From positions 1 through 64,000 of the IMG/VR virus record IMGVR_UViG_3300028888_002023: DNA of 64,000 nt; one strand, 5' to 3'. This stretch comes from a virus. Lineage: Duplodnaviria; Caudoviricetes. A model generated the notes under the pieces. The model was not told where the DNA came from, made no database searches, and was given only the letters and a program-made list of their open reading frames with translations. Positions 30,517-40,229 of the stretch are shown piece after piece (position 1 is the stretch's first letter; each line of letters starts with the position of its first letter). The translations under genes were made by a program, and so were the position numbers.

Positions 30517-30552
30517 AATTATAATAGCACTGAATTTTAATAGGAACTAATA

Positions 30553-32508
30553 ATGGCAGAGTTAATAAAAGAGTTAAAATGGGTTATAACAGAATATGGT
30601 AAAAAACGTATTACTGAGATGTTAGCTAACCCAACAGACAGAATTCGTCTTTCTTGCATTCACGTAGGTAAAAGTAATGATGAAGATTTCCGTAGTAGAG
30701 AAACCAGAAACGAATTATTAGAACCTGTATCATATGAGGAAGAACCGGGTTTATATACCAAAGATATAGGTATATACGAAAAAGGTGTTTGTACAGACAT
30801 AGAAAATACAGTATATTTCAAAGCACATATTGATGAAAATATTAGTGGTTTTGAAATTAGAGAAATGGGTATCTTTGAAGAAAGAGATAACCAACTCTAT
30901 TTATTTGCTGTAGGTATGGGAGAACCCCTTAATAAGCCTGCATTAGATAAAGGGTATATCATTGCTGTTGATTACACATTATATATTGAATCTGCTAACT
31001 TATTAGATATTTATGACAGAATTGAGTTAGACCCAGATAATGAATTTGTTAAAGAAGTTGACGTAGAAAATATGTACCAATCTGTTCTATTTGTTGAAGC
31101 AAACCTCGCTGAACAAATTGGTAAAAATACTCACATACTTGGTCTTGGGAGAGAATATCAATTAAATGAATTAATTGCTCAAAATACATTATCAAGTAAT
31201 GCAATGAGTATTTCTAATTATTATGCTAATATTGCAAACTCTGTAACAGATTTGAAAAACATTTTAGGTTGCTGGTCTTTTGGTTATACAGATATTCATG
31301 GAACATTACAATGTATTAAAGACTTTTCTGGTCACGGTTTAAATTTATCAACTAATGCACCTATTGCAACTTATGACCAAAGTTATATAGGCTTATTATC
31401 AACTTTAAACTTTGATAAAAATGATTACTTCCAAATTGAAAAAGTTGACCCTGTTGTTTGTTCAACAGATAATATTGAAATAGGACAATTAATTAATCAC
31501 GATTATCAAGGTACTATTACTTATAGTTCAAGTGAAAATAGATGGCACCTTGATGGGCTACCTTATACTCAAGCATACATAAAAGAAAATTATATTCAAT
31601 ATTACACTCATGCTACACAGAAATCTCAAAGTTCTGGAAGTAGTAGCCGTTTTATCTTAGGTGATATAAGAAGTACAGCACGTGCACCTCACACTTGGAC
31701 ATGCCAAATTGTTGGTGATGACTCCGTTAAATGGGTAAATGAAGTAGGTCAAGTTTATCAAGAATATGACTTTAAAGAAAAAGTTGTTAACTATACAACA
31801 GATGCTTCACATACAGGACCAATTGCAGGCGATACAATTACTTTAAGTGGTGCCGAAAACCCTGCAAGTAACGATAGAATTACATTTACAGGAGAACAAT
31901 TTGACTTAATCAGATATAGATGGGTTACAGAAACAATTAATGATACAACAATTAATAGACAAGTTTGGTATGATAGCAGCTTTACTTTTATTGCTATGCT
32001 GGAACATAATAATCCGCACGAAGATAATATATTGTTAGCTCAATCAGATTATACCCATAATAAGCATAACTTTGAAATTAGGAAAACTAAAAACAATGCT
32101 ATTGAATTAGTGCTATTTACTGATTCAAGTAGTTATGTAAAATATAAAACTTCTGATAATGCAGTTCCTTCATCTGTTTATAATGTCATACTTTCTTATG
32201 ATACAACAGGTTTAACACCTAATGCAACTGTATACATTAATGGAACTAAATTTGCTATGTTAAAATCTGGTACAGTAAATGGTAACAATGATTATACTTA
32301 TGAAGGTATGCAACCAGTTCCAATACCTACAACATCTTATGTATATAGAACAAATGCTAATTCAGGTATAATGGAAAGAACTGAAAACATTAATGCTAAA
32401 GTAGGATTTATGAGTTTAATTAAAGAAAATTTATCGTCTGAAATTTTAAGATGTAACTCATTATTCTTAAATAGCTTATGCGGAAAGAATATTTACTTTA
32501 AGGTATAA
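30553..32508 (+). CDS. tail-collar/fibre-base protein (gpH/DUF3751-like N-terminus, LamG-like C-terminus)
   Basis: ITEYGKKRI...IHVG...FEIREMGIF...LFAVG pattern typical of tail-collar fibre N-termini. Confidence 0.55.
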   Translation: MAELIKELKWVITEYGKKRITEMLANPTDRIRLSCIHVGKSNDEDFRSRETRNELLEPVSYEEEPGLYTKDIGIYEKGVCTDIENTVYFKAHIDENISGFEIREMGIFEERDNQLYLFAVGMGEPLNKPALDKGYIIAVDYTLYIESANLLDIYDRIELDPDNEFVKEVDVENMYQSVLFVEANLAEQIGKNTHILGLGREYQLNELIAQNTLSSNAMSISNYYANIANSVTDLKNILGCWSFGYTDIHGTLQCIKDFSGHGLNLSTNAPIATYDQSYIGLLSTLNFDKNDYFQIEKVDPVVCSTDNIEIGQLINHDYQGTITYSSSENRWHLDGLPYTQAYIKENYIQYYTHATQKSQSSGSSSRFILGDIRSTARAPHTWTCQIVGDDSVKWVNEVGQVYQEYDFKEKVVNYTTDASHTGPIAGDTITLSGAENPASNDRITFTGEQFDLIRYRWVTETINDTTINRQVWYDSSFTFIAMLEHNNPHEDNILLAQSDYTHNKHNFEIRKTKNNAIELVLFTDSSSYVKYKTSDNAVPSSVYNVILSYDTTGLTPNATVYINGTKFAMLKSGTVNGNNDYTYEGMQPVPIPTTSYVYRTNANSGIMERTENINAKVGFMSLIKENLSSEILRCNSLFLNSLCGKNIYFKV

Positions 32509-32510
32509 TA

Positions 32511-33968
32511 ATGACTCAATTTTTAGATAATACAATTTATACAAATTATGCTTTATATAAAATCTGTAGAAATTTAGTTGAAGATATTGAAGATTTCAAC
32601 TTTATTCATGTTAAAGTAGGTTCTGGAGATAATACTTTATATGCAGATAGAGAAGATTTAAGTGCTTTATTATATGAATTAGACGTTCAAGTTCTTGAGT
32701 TTGATAATGAAGAAGGTGTACTTACTATTAAATGTGAAATACCACCAGATTTAGCAGATGTACCTATTACAGAAATAGGTTTATTTGACATGGTTATGGG
32801 TTATGAACATTTATTCTCTTATTCTAAAGTTAATGTTGTAAAACCAGCAGACTTAGGGTATGAATTAACAATTGTACTTAACTTAGGTCCTAGAACAATA
32901 GACTTCCCCGGAATTAACTCTTATTATGTTTCAAAGTATAAATATATTACAAAGAGTGTGTTAGATGACTTTATTAATATGTTCTTATATGTTGACACCA
33001 ACCTTGAAAGAATTGTGCATTCTAATGCTGAAGTTATAGGTTATAATATGTTAGAACAAATTTATGATAAGCAACAAAAGTTCTATAGCAGAATGCAGAA
33101 TATTGAATATGCTTTATTAAATTATTCTTTACACTCTCAGTTTGGTAATGACTTATCAGATTTATTCTTTTTAGGAAGCCCTAATTATTTAGCATATGAC
33201 ATTGTTAACTTTGCTAAACCAGATTCATTCTTAAAAAGTAAGTACAAATTATGGGATTCTACAAATGATAATATAACCTTTAATAATGGTCCTTTATCTT
33301 TATTTTTTGTGGCACAATTTAATGATATCAAAGAAGAATCTGCTATATTTAATAAATGGGACGATACTGGTGTATATTTTAAAATTAGTACAGAATCACA
33401 TCAAGAAACATATATAAAAACTACTTCAGGTTATGAAACTGCTACTTTCTATGAATTAGTTGTTACAATTATGGGAACTCGTAACCTTTATAAAATCAAA
33501 TATATTTTTGATGAATCTAATGTAGGTAATTATGTAGGTCGTAAAGTTCCTTATGTTCTTACTTTTAATGGTGATATTACTAATAATCCAGAATTACATT
33601 TATATGTAGATGGAGAAGAACCAGAAATATTTGTTGTTTCTGAAGAAACAGAACCAAGTTTAACTGTTCAAGCTAATATTACACCAGAAGATTCAGAAGA
33701 GGAAGCTGAAGCAAAATTAAAAGAAACTGTAGATAGATTAAAAACTAGAGCATTTGGTAAAGTGATTATTGAAGGGGACGCAACTGATTTAGTAGGTCTT
33801 CCAGACCGTTCTTCTATATCTTTAAAGAATTATTTGTATGATTATGTTGAAGAAGAAAAAGTTCAATATATTAATGGTATTAATACAAACATTATAGGAA
33901 CAATAAAAAGACAAGCTAATAAATATGAGCTTGCCCTTTTGAATAATACTTTAAAATCTATGATTTAG
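32511..33968 (+). CDS. tail-collar/fibre-base protein, tandem paralogue of 30553..32508
   Basis: VKVGSGD...IPPDLADVPITEIGLFD...LFSYS; YVDTNLERIVHSNAEVIG ~ FVEANLAEQIGKNTHILG. Confidence 0.55.
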   Translation: MTQFLDNTIYTNYALYKICRNLVEDIEDFNFIHVKVGSGDNTLYADREDLSALLYELDVQVLEFDNEEGVLTIKCEIPPDLADVPITEIGLFDMVMGYEHLFSYSKVNVVKPADLGYELTIVLNLGPRTIDFPGINSYYVSKYKYITKSVLDDFINMFLYVDTNLERIVHSNAEVIGYNMLEQIYDKQQKFYSRMQNIEYALLNYSLHSQFGNDLSDLFFLGSPNYLAYDIVNFAKPDSFLKSKYKLWDSTNDNITFNNGPLSLFFVAQFNDIKEESAIFNKWDDTGVYFKISTESHQETYIKTTSGYETATFYELVVTIMGTRNLYKIKYIFDESNVGNYVGRKVPYVLTFNGDITNNPELHLYVDGEEPEIFVVSEETEPSLTVQANITPEDSEEEAEAKLKETVDRLKTRAFGKVIIEGDATDLVGLPDRSSISLKNYLYDYVEEEKVQYINGINTNIIGTIKRQANKYELALLNNTLKSMI

Positions 33969-34255
33969 ATTTCCTGTAATTTAACAAGAATGAACTCTAT
34001 TAACTTATCAAAGTTTTTAGCAATAGCTTTCTTGATTGAACCTTTAAAGAATTTGTAAGGGAATTTTAATTCAATATGTTCCATAATGAATGCAATTGCA
34101 CCTTCTTTAATTATAGGAGATTTTTCTTTAAGATATTCTTCTACAATTGCTTTAAGTTCTTCTTTCTTTGCTAACAGAAGGTCTGCTACACGAGCACGAG
34201 CTTCAGCATATAGTTTGTTTTCTTTAAGAAATGTAAAGATTTCAGTGAATTTCAT
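33965..34255 (-). CDS. hypothetical protein
   Basis: 96 aa, strong RBS (GGAGG), TTATATTTTA motif upstream. Confidence 0.55.
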   Translation of the reverse strand: MKFTEIFTFLKENKLYAEARARVADLLLAKKEELKAIVEEYLKEKSPIIKEGAIAFIMEHIELKFPYKFFKGSIKKAIAKNFDKLIEFILVKLQEI

Positions 34256-34298
34256 AATATACCTCCGTTATTTTTCTTCTACTCGCATTAAAATATAA

Positions 34299-34721
34299 TT
34301 AACCTCTTAAATCGAGATTAAATCCTTCATGTCGTAAAGATGGAATACAAGAACGGAAGTATTTTTCTCCATCAAACATTACTTTTCCGTGGTCTTTAAC
34401 TTTAATTCCAATGAATTGCAAAAAATAATTCACTACATTTTCTAACGTAGTGAATTCTGAAAGTTTCTCACAGCCTCTTCTTGAATTTATATATTTATCA
34501 GCAAGAGCTATATTACAATTGTCTGATACTCCACCAAAACATTTAGGGACAATGTGTTCTCTTGACACAGTTTTTTTAGTGATAGGAAGTCCATAAATGT
34601 CGTGTCGCACATTTGGGAGTTTACCTCTTATCCAAAGCTCTCGGACTCCCCACTTACCTTTAAATAATGTTACAGATGTGCCGTCCTTTGAGATAGGTTT
34701 GATAAACATGTAGTCCCTCAC
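34299..34721 (-). CDS. small HNH endonuclease-like protein
   Basis: SREHIVPKCFGG..DNCNIALADKYINSRRG (H-N-N pattern). Confidence 0.7.
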   Translation of the reverse strand: MRDYMFIKPISKDGTSVTLFKGKWGVRELWIRGKLPNVRHDIYGLPITKKTVSREHIVPKCFGGVSDNCNIALADKYINSRRGCEKLSEFTTLENVVNYFLQFIGIKVKDHGKVMFDGEKYFRSCIPSLRHEGFNLDLRG

Positions 34722-34760
34722 TATATTTATATTTATGTTTCTGTTACACTAAAATATAAT

Positions 34761-35054
34761 TTAAGCGAGTCTGTCTAGTTTCCCGGTAAAAGGTCCTCTA
34801 GGTGGCATAGGACAATACGGAATCGGAAATAAAAATCCATTTGGGTCAAAAGTACTTGACGAAAAATGATATGGTCCATGCCCTGTAAATATCACTTGTG
34901 GTTTAATTGGCTGGCATGTGCCCATATAGTATTTGAATGACGGATTAATATCTTCTACCCCTCTCTTTGATTTACTTTTAAGTTCACTATTATCTTCTTG
35001 GTCCCTTAAACTATTACTAAAATAAGTCATAGCTTCTATAGGTTTTACTTTCAT
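34761..35054 (-). CDS. hypothetical protein, Pro-rich C-terminus
   Basis: 97 aa, RBS AAGGAG, two upstream promoter signals. Confidence 0.5.
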   Translation of the reverse strand: MKVKPIEAMTYFSNSLRDQEDNSELKSKSKRGVEDINPSFKYYMGTCQPIKPQVIFTGHGPYHFSSSTFDPNGFLFPIPYCPMPPRGPFTGKLDRLA

Positions 35055-35127
35055 TATTCTCTCTCCTTTAAGTTTTAAATTGCATATTAAAATATAATAT
35101 TAAGTGTAATTTTTACACTTTTCTTAT

Positions 35128-35156
35128 ATTATAATATAATTAATTAATCCTGTCAA
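35128..35156 (-). promoter_or_regulatory. sigma70-type promoter
   Basis: TTGACA-17-TATAAT upstream of 34761..35054. Confidence 0.8.
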
Positions 35157-35276
35157 GTTTTAAAACTTAAAAGTAATATTAAAACGAAATCCTCCTCTAT
35201 TATCTGTAGGAGTTATCCAGAAATGAGAGAAGGACTTTTTAATATTGTTAAATACTTTCTTAAAAAAATTCATAAA

Positions 35277-35423
35277 TTATAGTTCAACCATAGGTAAAAA
35301 TTGATTTGCTACTATATCATACATACCATATACATTATTTGTAGAATCATAAACTGGAATTAAATGCTGATAAAGAAAAACTCTTAGTCCTTTTAATTTC
35401 CTAAGAGCAATAAGTAAAAGCAA
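35277..35423 (-). pseudogene. 48-codon remnant resembling the C-terminus of a LamG-type tail-fibre module
   Basis: Reads ...VFLYQHLIPVYDSTNNVYGMYDIVANQFLPMVEL*; only a TTG start, no clear RBS. Confidence 0.35.
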
Positions 35424-35436
35424 TGTAATTAATTTA

Positions 35437-35952
35437 TTATTGAATATTTTCTATTGTTCCTAGGGCTTGTATAAATAATTGTTCAATCTGTTGAGCTGTA
35501 ATTGTTTTGCCTGCAATCTCAAATGGTGCTAATGCTTTTGCTACGCCACAATAAACATGATTGCAAAAGGTTAATTGATGTTTAATTGCAATATGACTAT
35601 CTAAAAATACATCTATTTGTTCATCTGTTACGCCTAAAGCCATTAACATTTTTAGAAAATCCAACGGAGTTACGTGCAGATTATTAATTCGTTCTTGTTC
35701 CCTTTGCTGTGCTTCTTGTTCATAATTAGGGTTAAGTGTTCCGTCTGTTATATTACCTTCAGAACAGACATAATAACCTAAAGGAGCTATATCAAGTGAA
35801 TCTATATAAAAAGGTTCAGAATATAATTCATCAATATTATCACCTTCTGGCATGCTTTCTTCAGAAAATTTTCTTATTATATAAAGCATTTGTCCAGAGT
35901 TGTTAGCTTCCATAGCTTTTCTTTCATATTCGCCATTAGTATATGATTTCAT
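35437..35952 (-). CDS. hypothetical protein, probable fibre assembly chaperone
   Basis: Directly downstream of the 851-aa fibre; 171 aa. Confidence 0.45.
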   Translation of the reverse strand: MKSYTNGEYERKAMEANNSGQMLYIIRKFSEESMPEGDNIDELYSEPFYIDSLDIAPLGYYVCSEGNITDGTLNPNYEQEAQQREQERINNLHVTPLDFLKMLMALGVTDEQIDVFLDSHIAIKHQLTFCNHVYCGVAKALAPFEIAGKTITAQQIEQLFIQALGTIENIQ

Positions 35953-35963
35953 TATTTAATCCT

Positions 35964-38519
35964 CTATCCTAAAGTTATCCTACCTTTTGCTATAAAATCA
36001 GTTGTTGAAGATGGTGTAAATCCATCTTTATCCCTGCTTGAACAAGCTACAGGTAATACATAATTATTATCAGCAAATGGTTTTGGGAATGTATAACGTG
36101 TTCCAGATGTGCAAGCACCTGTTTGTATACATTCTAAGTCTGTATTATATTCATATGATACTTTACCATTACGATAACTAGCTATAGTTCTTACAGAACC
36201 ATCTAATGTATCATGAGGCATTTGGAATAATCCATTTTCTTCATCTATAACAAAATAATTCCCTGTTCTAAATTGTTCATAACAGTCATTAACTCTGTCT
36301 TTATATTTCATATCAACTATTTTAACACCATGTCTTGAATAAACATAAGGTATTCTTAAACAAGGTTGATATACTACAACTTCATTTCTGATTACCTGCA
36401 ATGTATTTAAGTCTATTGAACCTGTAAATGGGTTATCACTACCAGAACTACCTAAACTTAAATTAATTGTAGAGAATGATGCTGTATCAATAGAACCATT
36501 ATATGCTTCATCTTCATCTAGTCTAACAGAATAATTAGTACCAGATATATCTAATACAATTGTATATTCTGTATTTTCTTGTAATGAAACTGTATTTCTA
36601 GTAATGGAATCAGTGCTGAATAATAATTTTCCATAATTTAATCCAATTGTAAATAAATGTTGAGATTCACTAGTTCCATAAGCTCTAAGTATAGTTTGAT
36701 ATTCAGCACTATTTGTTCCAGTTTTAATATTAAATGAAATTTCAAAATTATTATTAACAGAAAGATTAACAGCAGTTATACGACCTGTTGCAGAAAATCC
36801 AGAAGCTACACCATCTGAACTAATTGTAGGAAGTGGACTTCCAGACATTCCATAATTATCAGCTTTAATTATATCAATTTGTTTACGGTGTGTATTAAAT
36901 ATTTCTTCACCATCAACTTCTATTGCAAAAGATTTAAAGTTAATAGAACCTTTAAATGGATAAGTTGTATAGTTACCTATACTCTGTAGAGATAAATTGC
37001 TTACACCAGAATATGAAGAAGGTGTTTTTGATGACTCAATTAATTCTCCATTCTCTGCTTGACAATTTAAGAAAATTTTAGTTCCATCATAACCACATTC
37101 AATATAGTAATTTGTATCATCTGCTAAAGCTGAATCTGTACCAACCCAGTTTGCCATATTATTATCTGTAGTTCTTAATTGTAATGACTTATCTGTTGAG
37201 AAAGTTAAATAAAAATATTGGCTTAACATGAATATACCTTGTTGAACACCTAAATTAGCAGTGGTAATATCCATTTTAATAGTCCAAGGTTTAGTTGTAT
37301 CTATAATTGTAGCTAAACTTAAATAATTGCTAGTGGAAAAACCAGTAATAATACCATCTTCTTCTATAATTGGAGTACCATTAACAGTTAATGTATGTAT
37401 ATCAAATGATTCAATTTTTCTATCAAGGATAGATTCAAATTCTATTGGGAAATCATCAGCACTTAATAATTCAACATCTCTAACAACAATAGGTCTGGTA
37501 GATGTTGCTAAATCTTCTTTTTTAACATATGTATTTGTAATAGTGTTACCTTCAGAATCTTTAGTAATTTTACCATTAATAATACCTGCTGAATCAATAG
37601 TAACTTCACCTGTAGTATTATTCCTACCATTAGGTCTTAATTTTATGTTAGCAGAATTAGTTGCAATATATAAAGCATCTGCTGAATTATCTTCTATAAG
37701 TACATTTTCATTCTTTTTAATATATAAAGTTGGAGATTCTACGTTTCCTAAAGTGAGTGTGTCACCTAAAACACTTAAGCTATTTTCAAATGTTTTTGAA
37801 CCTCTAATTATTTCATTTCCTGTTGTGTGCACAATTGATGTATCTGAAGCTGTATAAGTAGTCCAGCTTGACCAGTTATGATATACTGTATCGTCCTGTA
37901 TCACAGCATCATCTGTTCTATAAACAACTGACATTATAGTATTTTCGCTTTGCCCAACAAAACTAATTGGGGTATAAATTTGTACAAGCCTATTATTGCA
38001 AGCCCTTGCAACTGTTAATATACCTGAACTACACATATTAGGGCTTAAGTCATATGGAGTGTGGTTCAAAACGCTAAAACCAACCTCTGTAGCATCAACG
38101 CTATATGTTCCTTCTGCAAGTAGTTCGTTCCAGTCCACGTTTTCATTAACAAGATAGTTACTAAATGCTAATCTTCTTTGATAGTAATCACTAATTATAT
38201 TGCCAATACTGTCTTGCTCTGCACGTTCAATTTGACCATTAATAGAATGCCCTTCCGTTATAATTAAATTGCAATCCATAGTTATAGGATTCTTAAAGGT
38301 CTTTTCACCTAATATATCTTCATCAACTTCTGAAGCGTGAATAAATGCCTCGTCATAAAAGGGTAAATTATCCCAACGGTCTGTACCATTACCTATTTTC
38401 ATACGATTTGGCGTAACTTCGTTATCTATTTCAATACCTATTTCTCCAACGGATAATAGGGGATTATGAAACTCCCAATTAGCTTTAGTGTCATGTCTAA
38501 CTTGTAATCTTACTACCAC
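35964..38519 (-). CDS. long tail fibre (Mtd-N/hyaluronidase-like N-terminus, knob domain, two LamG-like repeats)
   Basis: RLQVRHDTKANW..NPLLSVGEIGIE...KIGNGTDRWDNLPF; duplicated modules GTPIIEEDGIITGFSTSNYL / GSPLPTISSDGVASGFSATG. Confidence 0.75.
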   Translation of the reverse strand: MVVRLQVRHDTKANWEFHNPLLSVGEIGIEIDNEVTPNRMKIGNGTDRWDNLPFYDEAFIHASEVDEDILGEKTFKNPITMDCNLIITEGHSINGQIERAEQDSIGNIISDYYQRRLAFSNYLVNENVDWNELLAEGTYSVDATEVGFSVLNHTPYDLSPNMCSSGILTVARACNNRLVQIYTPISFVGQSENTIMSVVYRTDDAVIQDDTVYHNWSSWTTYTASDTSIVHTTGNEIIRGSKTFENSLSVLGDTLTLGNVESPTLYIKKNENVLIEDNSADALYIATNSANIKLRPNGRNNTTGEVTIDSAGIINGKITKDSEGNTITNTYVKKEDLATSTRPIVVRDVELLSADDFPIEFESILDRKIESFDIHTLTVNGTPIIEEDGIITGFSTSNYLSLATIIDTTKPWTIKMDITTANLGVQQGIFMLSQYFYLTFSTDKSLQLRTTDNNMANWVGTDSALADDTNYYIECGYDGTKIFLNCQAENGELIESSKTPSSYSGVSNLSLQSIGNYTTYPFKGSINFKSFAIEVDGEEIFNTHRKQIDIIKADNYGMSGSPLPTISSDGVASGFSATGRITAVNLSVNNNFEISFNIKTGTNSAEYQTILRAYGTSESQHLFTIGLNYGKLLFSTDSITRNTVSLQENTEYTIVLDISGTNYSVRLDEDEAYNGSIDTASFSTINLSLGSSGSDNPFTGSIDLNTLQVIRNEVVVYQPCLRIPYVYSRHGVKIVDMKYKDRVNDCYEQFRTGNYFVIDEENGLFQMPHDTLDGSVRTIASYRNGKVSYEYNTDLECIQTGACTSGTRYTFPKPFADNNYVLPVACSSRDKDGFTPSSTTDFIAKGRITLG

Positions 38520-38544
38520 TGTTTTATCTCCAATGTCTTTATTT

Positions 38545-38554
38545 TAAAATGTAA
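38545..38554 (-). promoter_or_regulatory. candidate late-promoter motif TTACATTTTA before the long fibre
   Basis: Context ACTTACATTTTAAAATA is identical to that upstream of the portal. Confidence 0.6.
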
Positions 38555-38557
38555 GTA

Positions 38558-39262
38558 TTAATAAATTCGTCTAACTTTCTTTTTAGTATGCTGATTTTTT
38601 CTGTTGGCTTGAATTACTTGATAAGCTCTTCTAACGTCTATTTCTGGAACTATTTGAATAGGCATTCTTACATATCTTGCATCATGTAAAATGTCATGAA
38701 CGAATGAATAGTCTGTTCTTAATAATTCAGCAACTCTACGTATTGAACGATATGAAGGGTATTCTTTAAATACTTTTTTAACTATAACTGCTTCAGCAGG
38801 GTTGATTTTAATACTTCCATCCTCATCTCTCATATATCCATAGGGAAGCTCTCTGTCTGTAACTTGGTCTTTGTCTGCTATTTCTTTTAAAACTTCTATG
38901 ATTGGTTGTGCATATTGATTCAAATTAGAAATAAAATAATTTTTATCTGCAACATTAATTACCATAATTACAAATTTATCTTCTTCAACCAATGGGTCCT
39001 GATATTCAAAATTAGGTGCTGTATTTAAAACCAAATAAACTTCATATTGTTTAAACCCTTTAAACCTTAACGTACACCCAGTCATATTAGGAACATAAGT
39101 GAAAGTTCCTGCTTGAAAATCCTCATATGCTTCTGGTTTACTCATTAAAGATATATTAGTAGCTAAAATATCTTTCTTGCTACTAACTTGTTTTTCAATT
39201 TTATCATTCTGGTTGACTTGAGCGTTAGCGTTATCAACATTATTTGGAATATTATCAGTCAT
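38558..39262 (-). CDS. protein with an isolated large-serine-recombinase 'Recombinase' DNA-binding domain
   Basis: PYGY...INPAEAVIVKKVFKEY..YRSIRRVAELL...VHDILHDARY; no resolvase catalytic motif in the N-terminal part. Confidence 0.55.
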   Translation of the reverse strand: MTDNIPNNVDNANAQVNQNDKIEKQVSSKKDILATNISLMSKPEAYEDFQAGTFTYVPNMTGCTLRFKGFKQYEVYLVLNTAPNFEYQDPLVEEDKFVIMVINVADKNYFISNLNQYAQPIIEVLKEIADKDQVTDRELPYGYMRDEDGSIKINPAEAVIVKKVFKEYPSYRSIRRVAELLRTDYSFVHDILHDARYVRMPIQIVPEIDVRRAYQVIQANRKNQHTKKKVRRIY

Positions 39263-39272
39263 AACTTAAAAT

Positions 39273-40079
39273 TTAAACCTCACGAGCAAAGATGATACTA
39301 TCTATTAAACCTCGTAATTCAACTGAAACAGGTTTTATTTCAAACCAGTTTTTTCCATCATTTGAATAAAAATAAGAGTAAACTCCTTCTACAGTTGTAT
39401 CAATTTTATAGTACATATGTGTCATTTTATTAAACGCCTGATAAATAGTACCTCTCATGCAATTGTACCAAGCAGGTGCTCCTAATGGAAATTCACTATT
39501 AAGGTAACCATTTATCATATACATAATTCTGTAACGAGTTGTACTTGTTTTTAGCTTAAATATTTGTTTTTCATATACTTTAAAAATATCTTTATTTTGC
39601 TTATATATAGAATCTGGATGCGGAAATCTAATAGGTTTATATGCTTTATTCTTAACTTCTTTGGGTCCATAAATACTAGATAAATCATTTAACCATTCAT
39701 CTTTAAATAAATCTGTTACTTTATAACCAGAACCAAATCTCTTTTTATAAACACTCTGCATTTCAATGTATAATTGATAGTACCAATATGCCGTGCGTTG
39801 ATTGTAAAACATATAATCTACTCTATCATGCTTTGCAGCTTCTCGCTTGGTAGAATTGTCACCATAACGCCTGCACATGCTCCAAGTGATATATTCAATG
39901 TATTTCTTTAAATGTTCTATTGTATAGGAATAAGCACATAACCTATAATCTTCATCAAGAATATACATAGGCATATTTTCACTTGAAATAGGATATTCTT
40001 TATATTCTGGTGCCTGCGTTATTTCAGTATGATGTTTCCATTTATTAGAATAATATTGATTTTCAGATAAAATTGCCAT
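39273..40079 (-). CDS. divergent pyrimidine-dimer-glycosylase (DenV/Pyr_excise)-like protein
   Basis: MYILDEDYRLCAYSYTIEHLKKYIE ~ MNIFxLDxDPxxCAxxxxDKHxxKMxLE; YRIMY...GAPAWY ~ YRxYY...PxW. Confidence 0.4.
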   Translation of the reverse strand: MAILSENQYYSNKWKHHTEITQAPEYKEYPISSENMPMYILDEDYRLCAYSYTIEHLKKYIEYITWSMCRRYGDNSTKREAAKHDRVDYMFYNQRTAYWYYQLYIEMQSVYKKRFGSGYKVTDLFKDEWLNDLSSIYGPKEVKNKAYKPIRFPHPDSIYKQNKDIFKVYEKQIFKLKTSTTRYRIMYMINGYLNSEFPLGAPAWYNCMRGTIYQAFNKMTHMYYKIDTTVEGVYSYFYSNDGKNWFEIKPVSVELRGLIDSIIFAREV

Positions 40080-40161
40080 AGTTTTTCTCCGTCAAGTTTC
40101 ATTTTAAAAATATAATTTATTAATTTTTAAATTGGACAAACCCACTTTTATCCACTCAACA

Positions 40162-40211
40162 AGAGGTGCCCTAGAGGTTCTGCCTCCTTGCCTCTAGGGA
40201 GTTACACCTCT
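40162..40211 (+). promoter_or_regulatory. GC-rich stem-loop in the leader of the ferritin-like gene; loop contains CCTCCT
   Basis: Stems 40162-68/40205-11 (7 bp) and 40169-77/40191-99 (9 bp). Confidence 0.5.
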
Positions 40212-40229
40212 AAAAATAGGAGAAATAAA

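Larger units (their letters stand above)
30483..30517. repeat. perfect inverted repeat (14-bp arms, 7-nt spacer) between divergent tail genes; each arm carries TTACATTTTA
   Basis: TTAAAATGTAAACA-ctcccat-TGTTTACATTTTAA. Confidence 0.85.

Noticed and set aside
35185-35240. Terminator or structured RNA downstream of the long-fibre operon
   Set aside because: The hairpin is long but imperfect, with ambiguous orientation; too weak to call.
38558-39262. Integrase indicating a temperate lifestyle
   Set aside because: Only the DNA-binding part is present; no catalytic resolvase domain and no att site identified.
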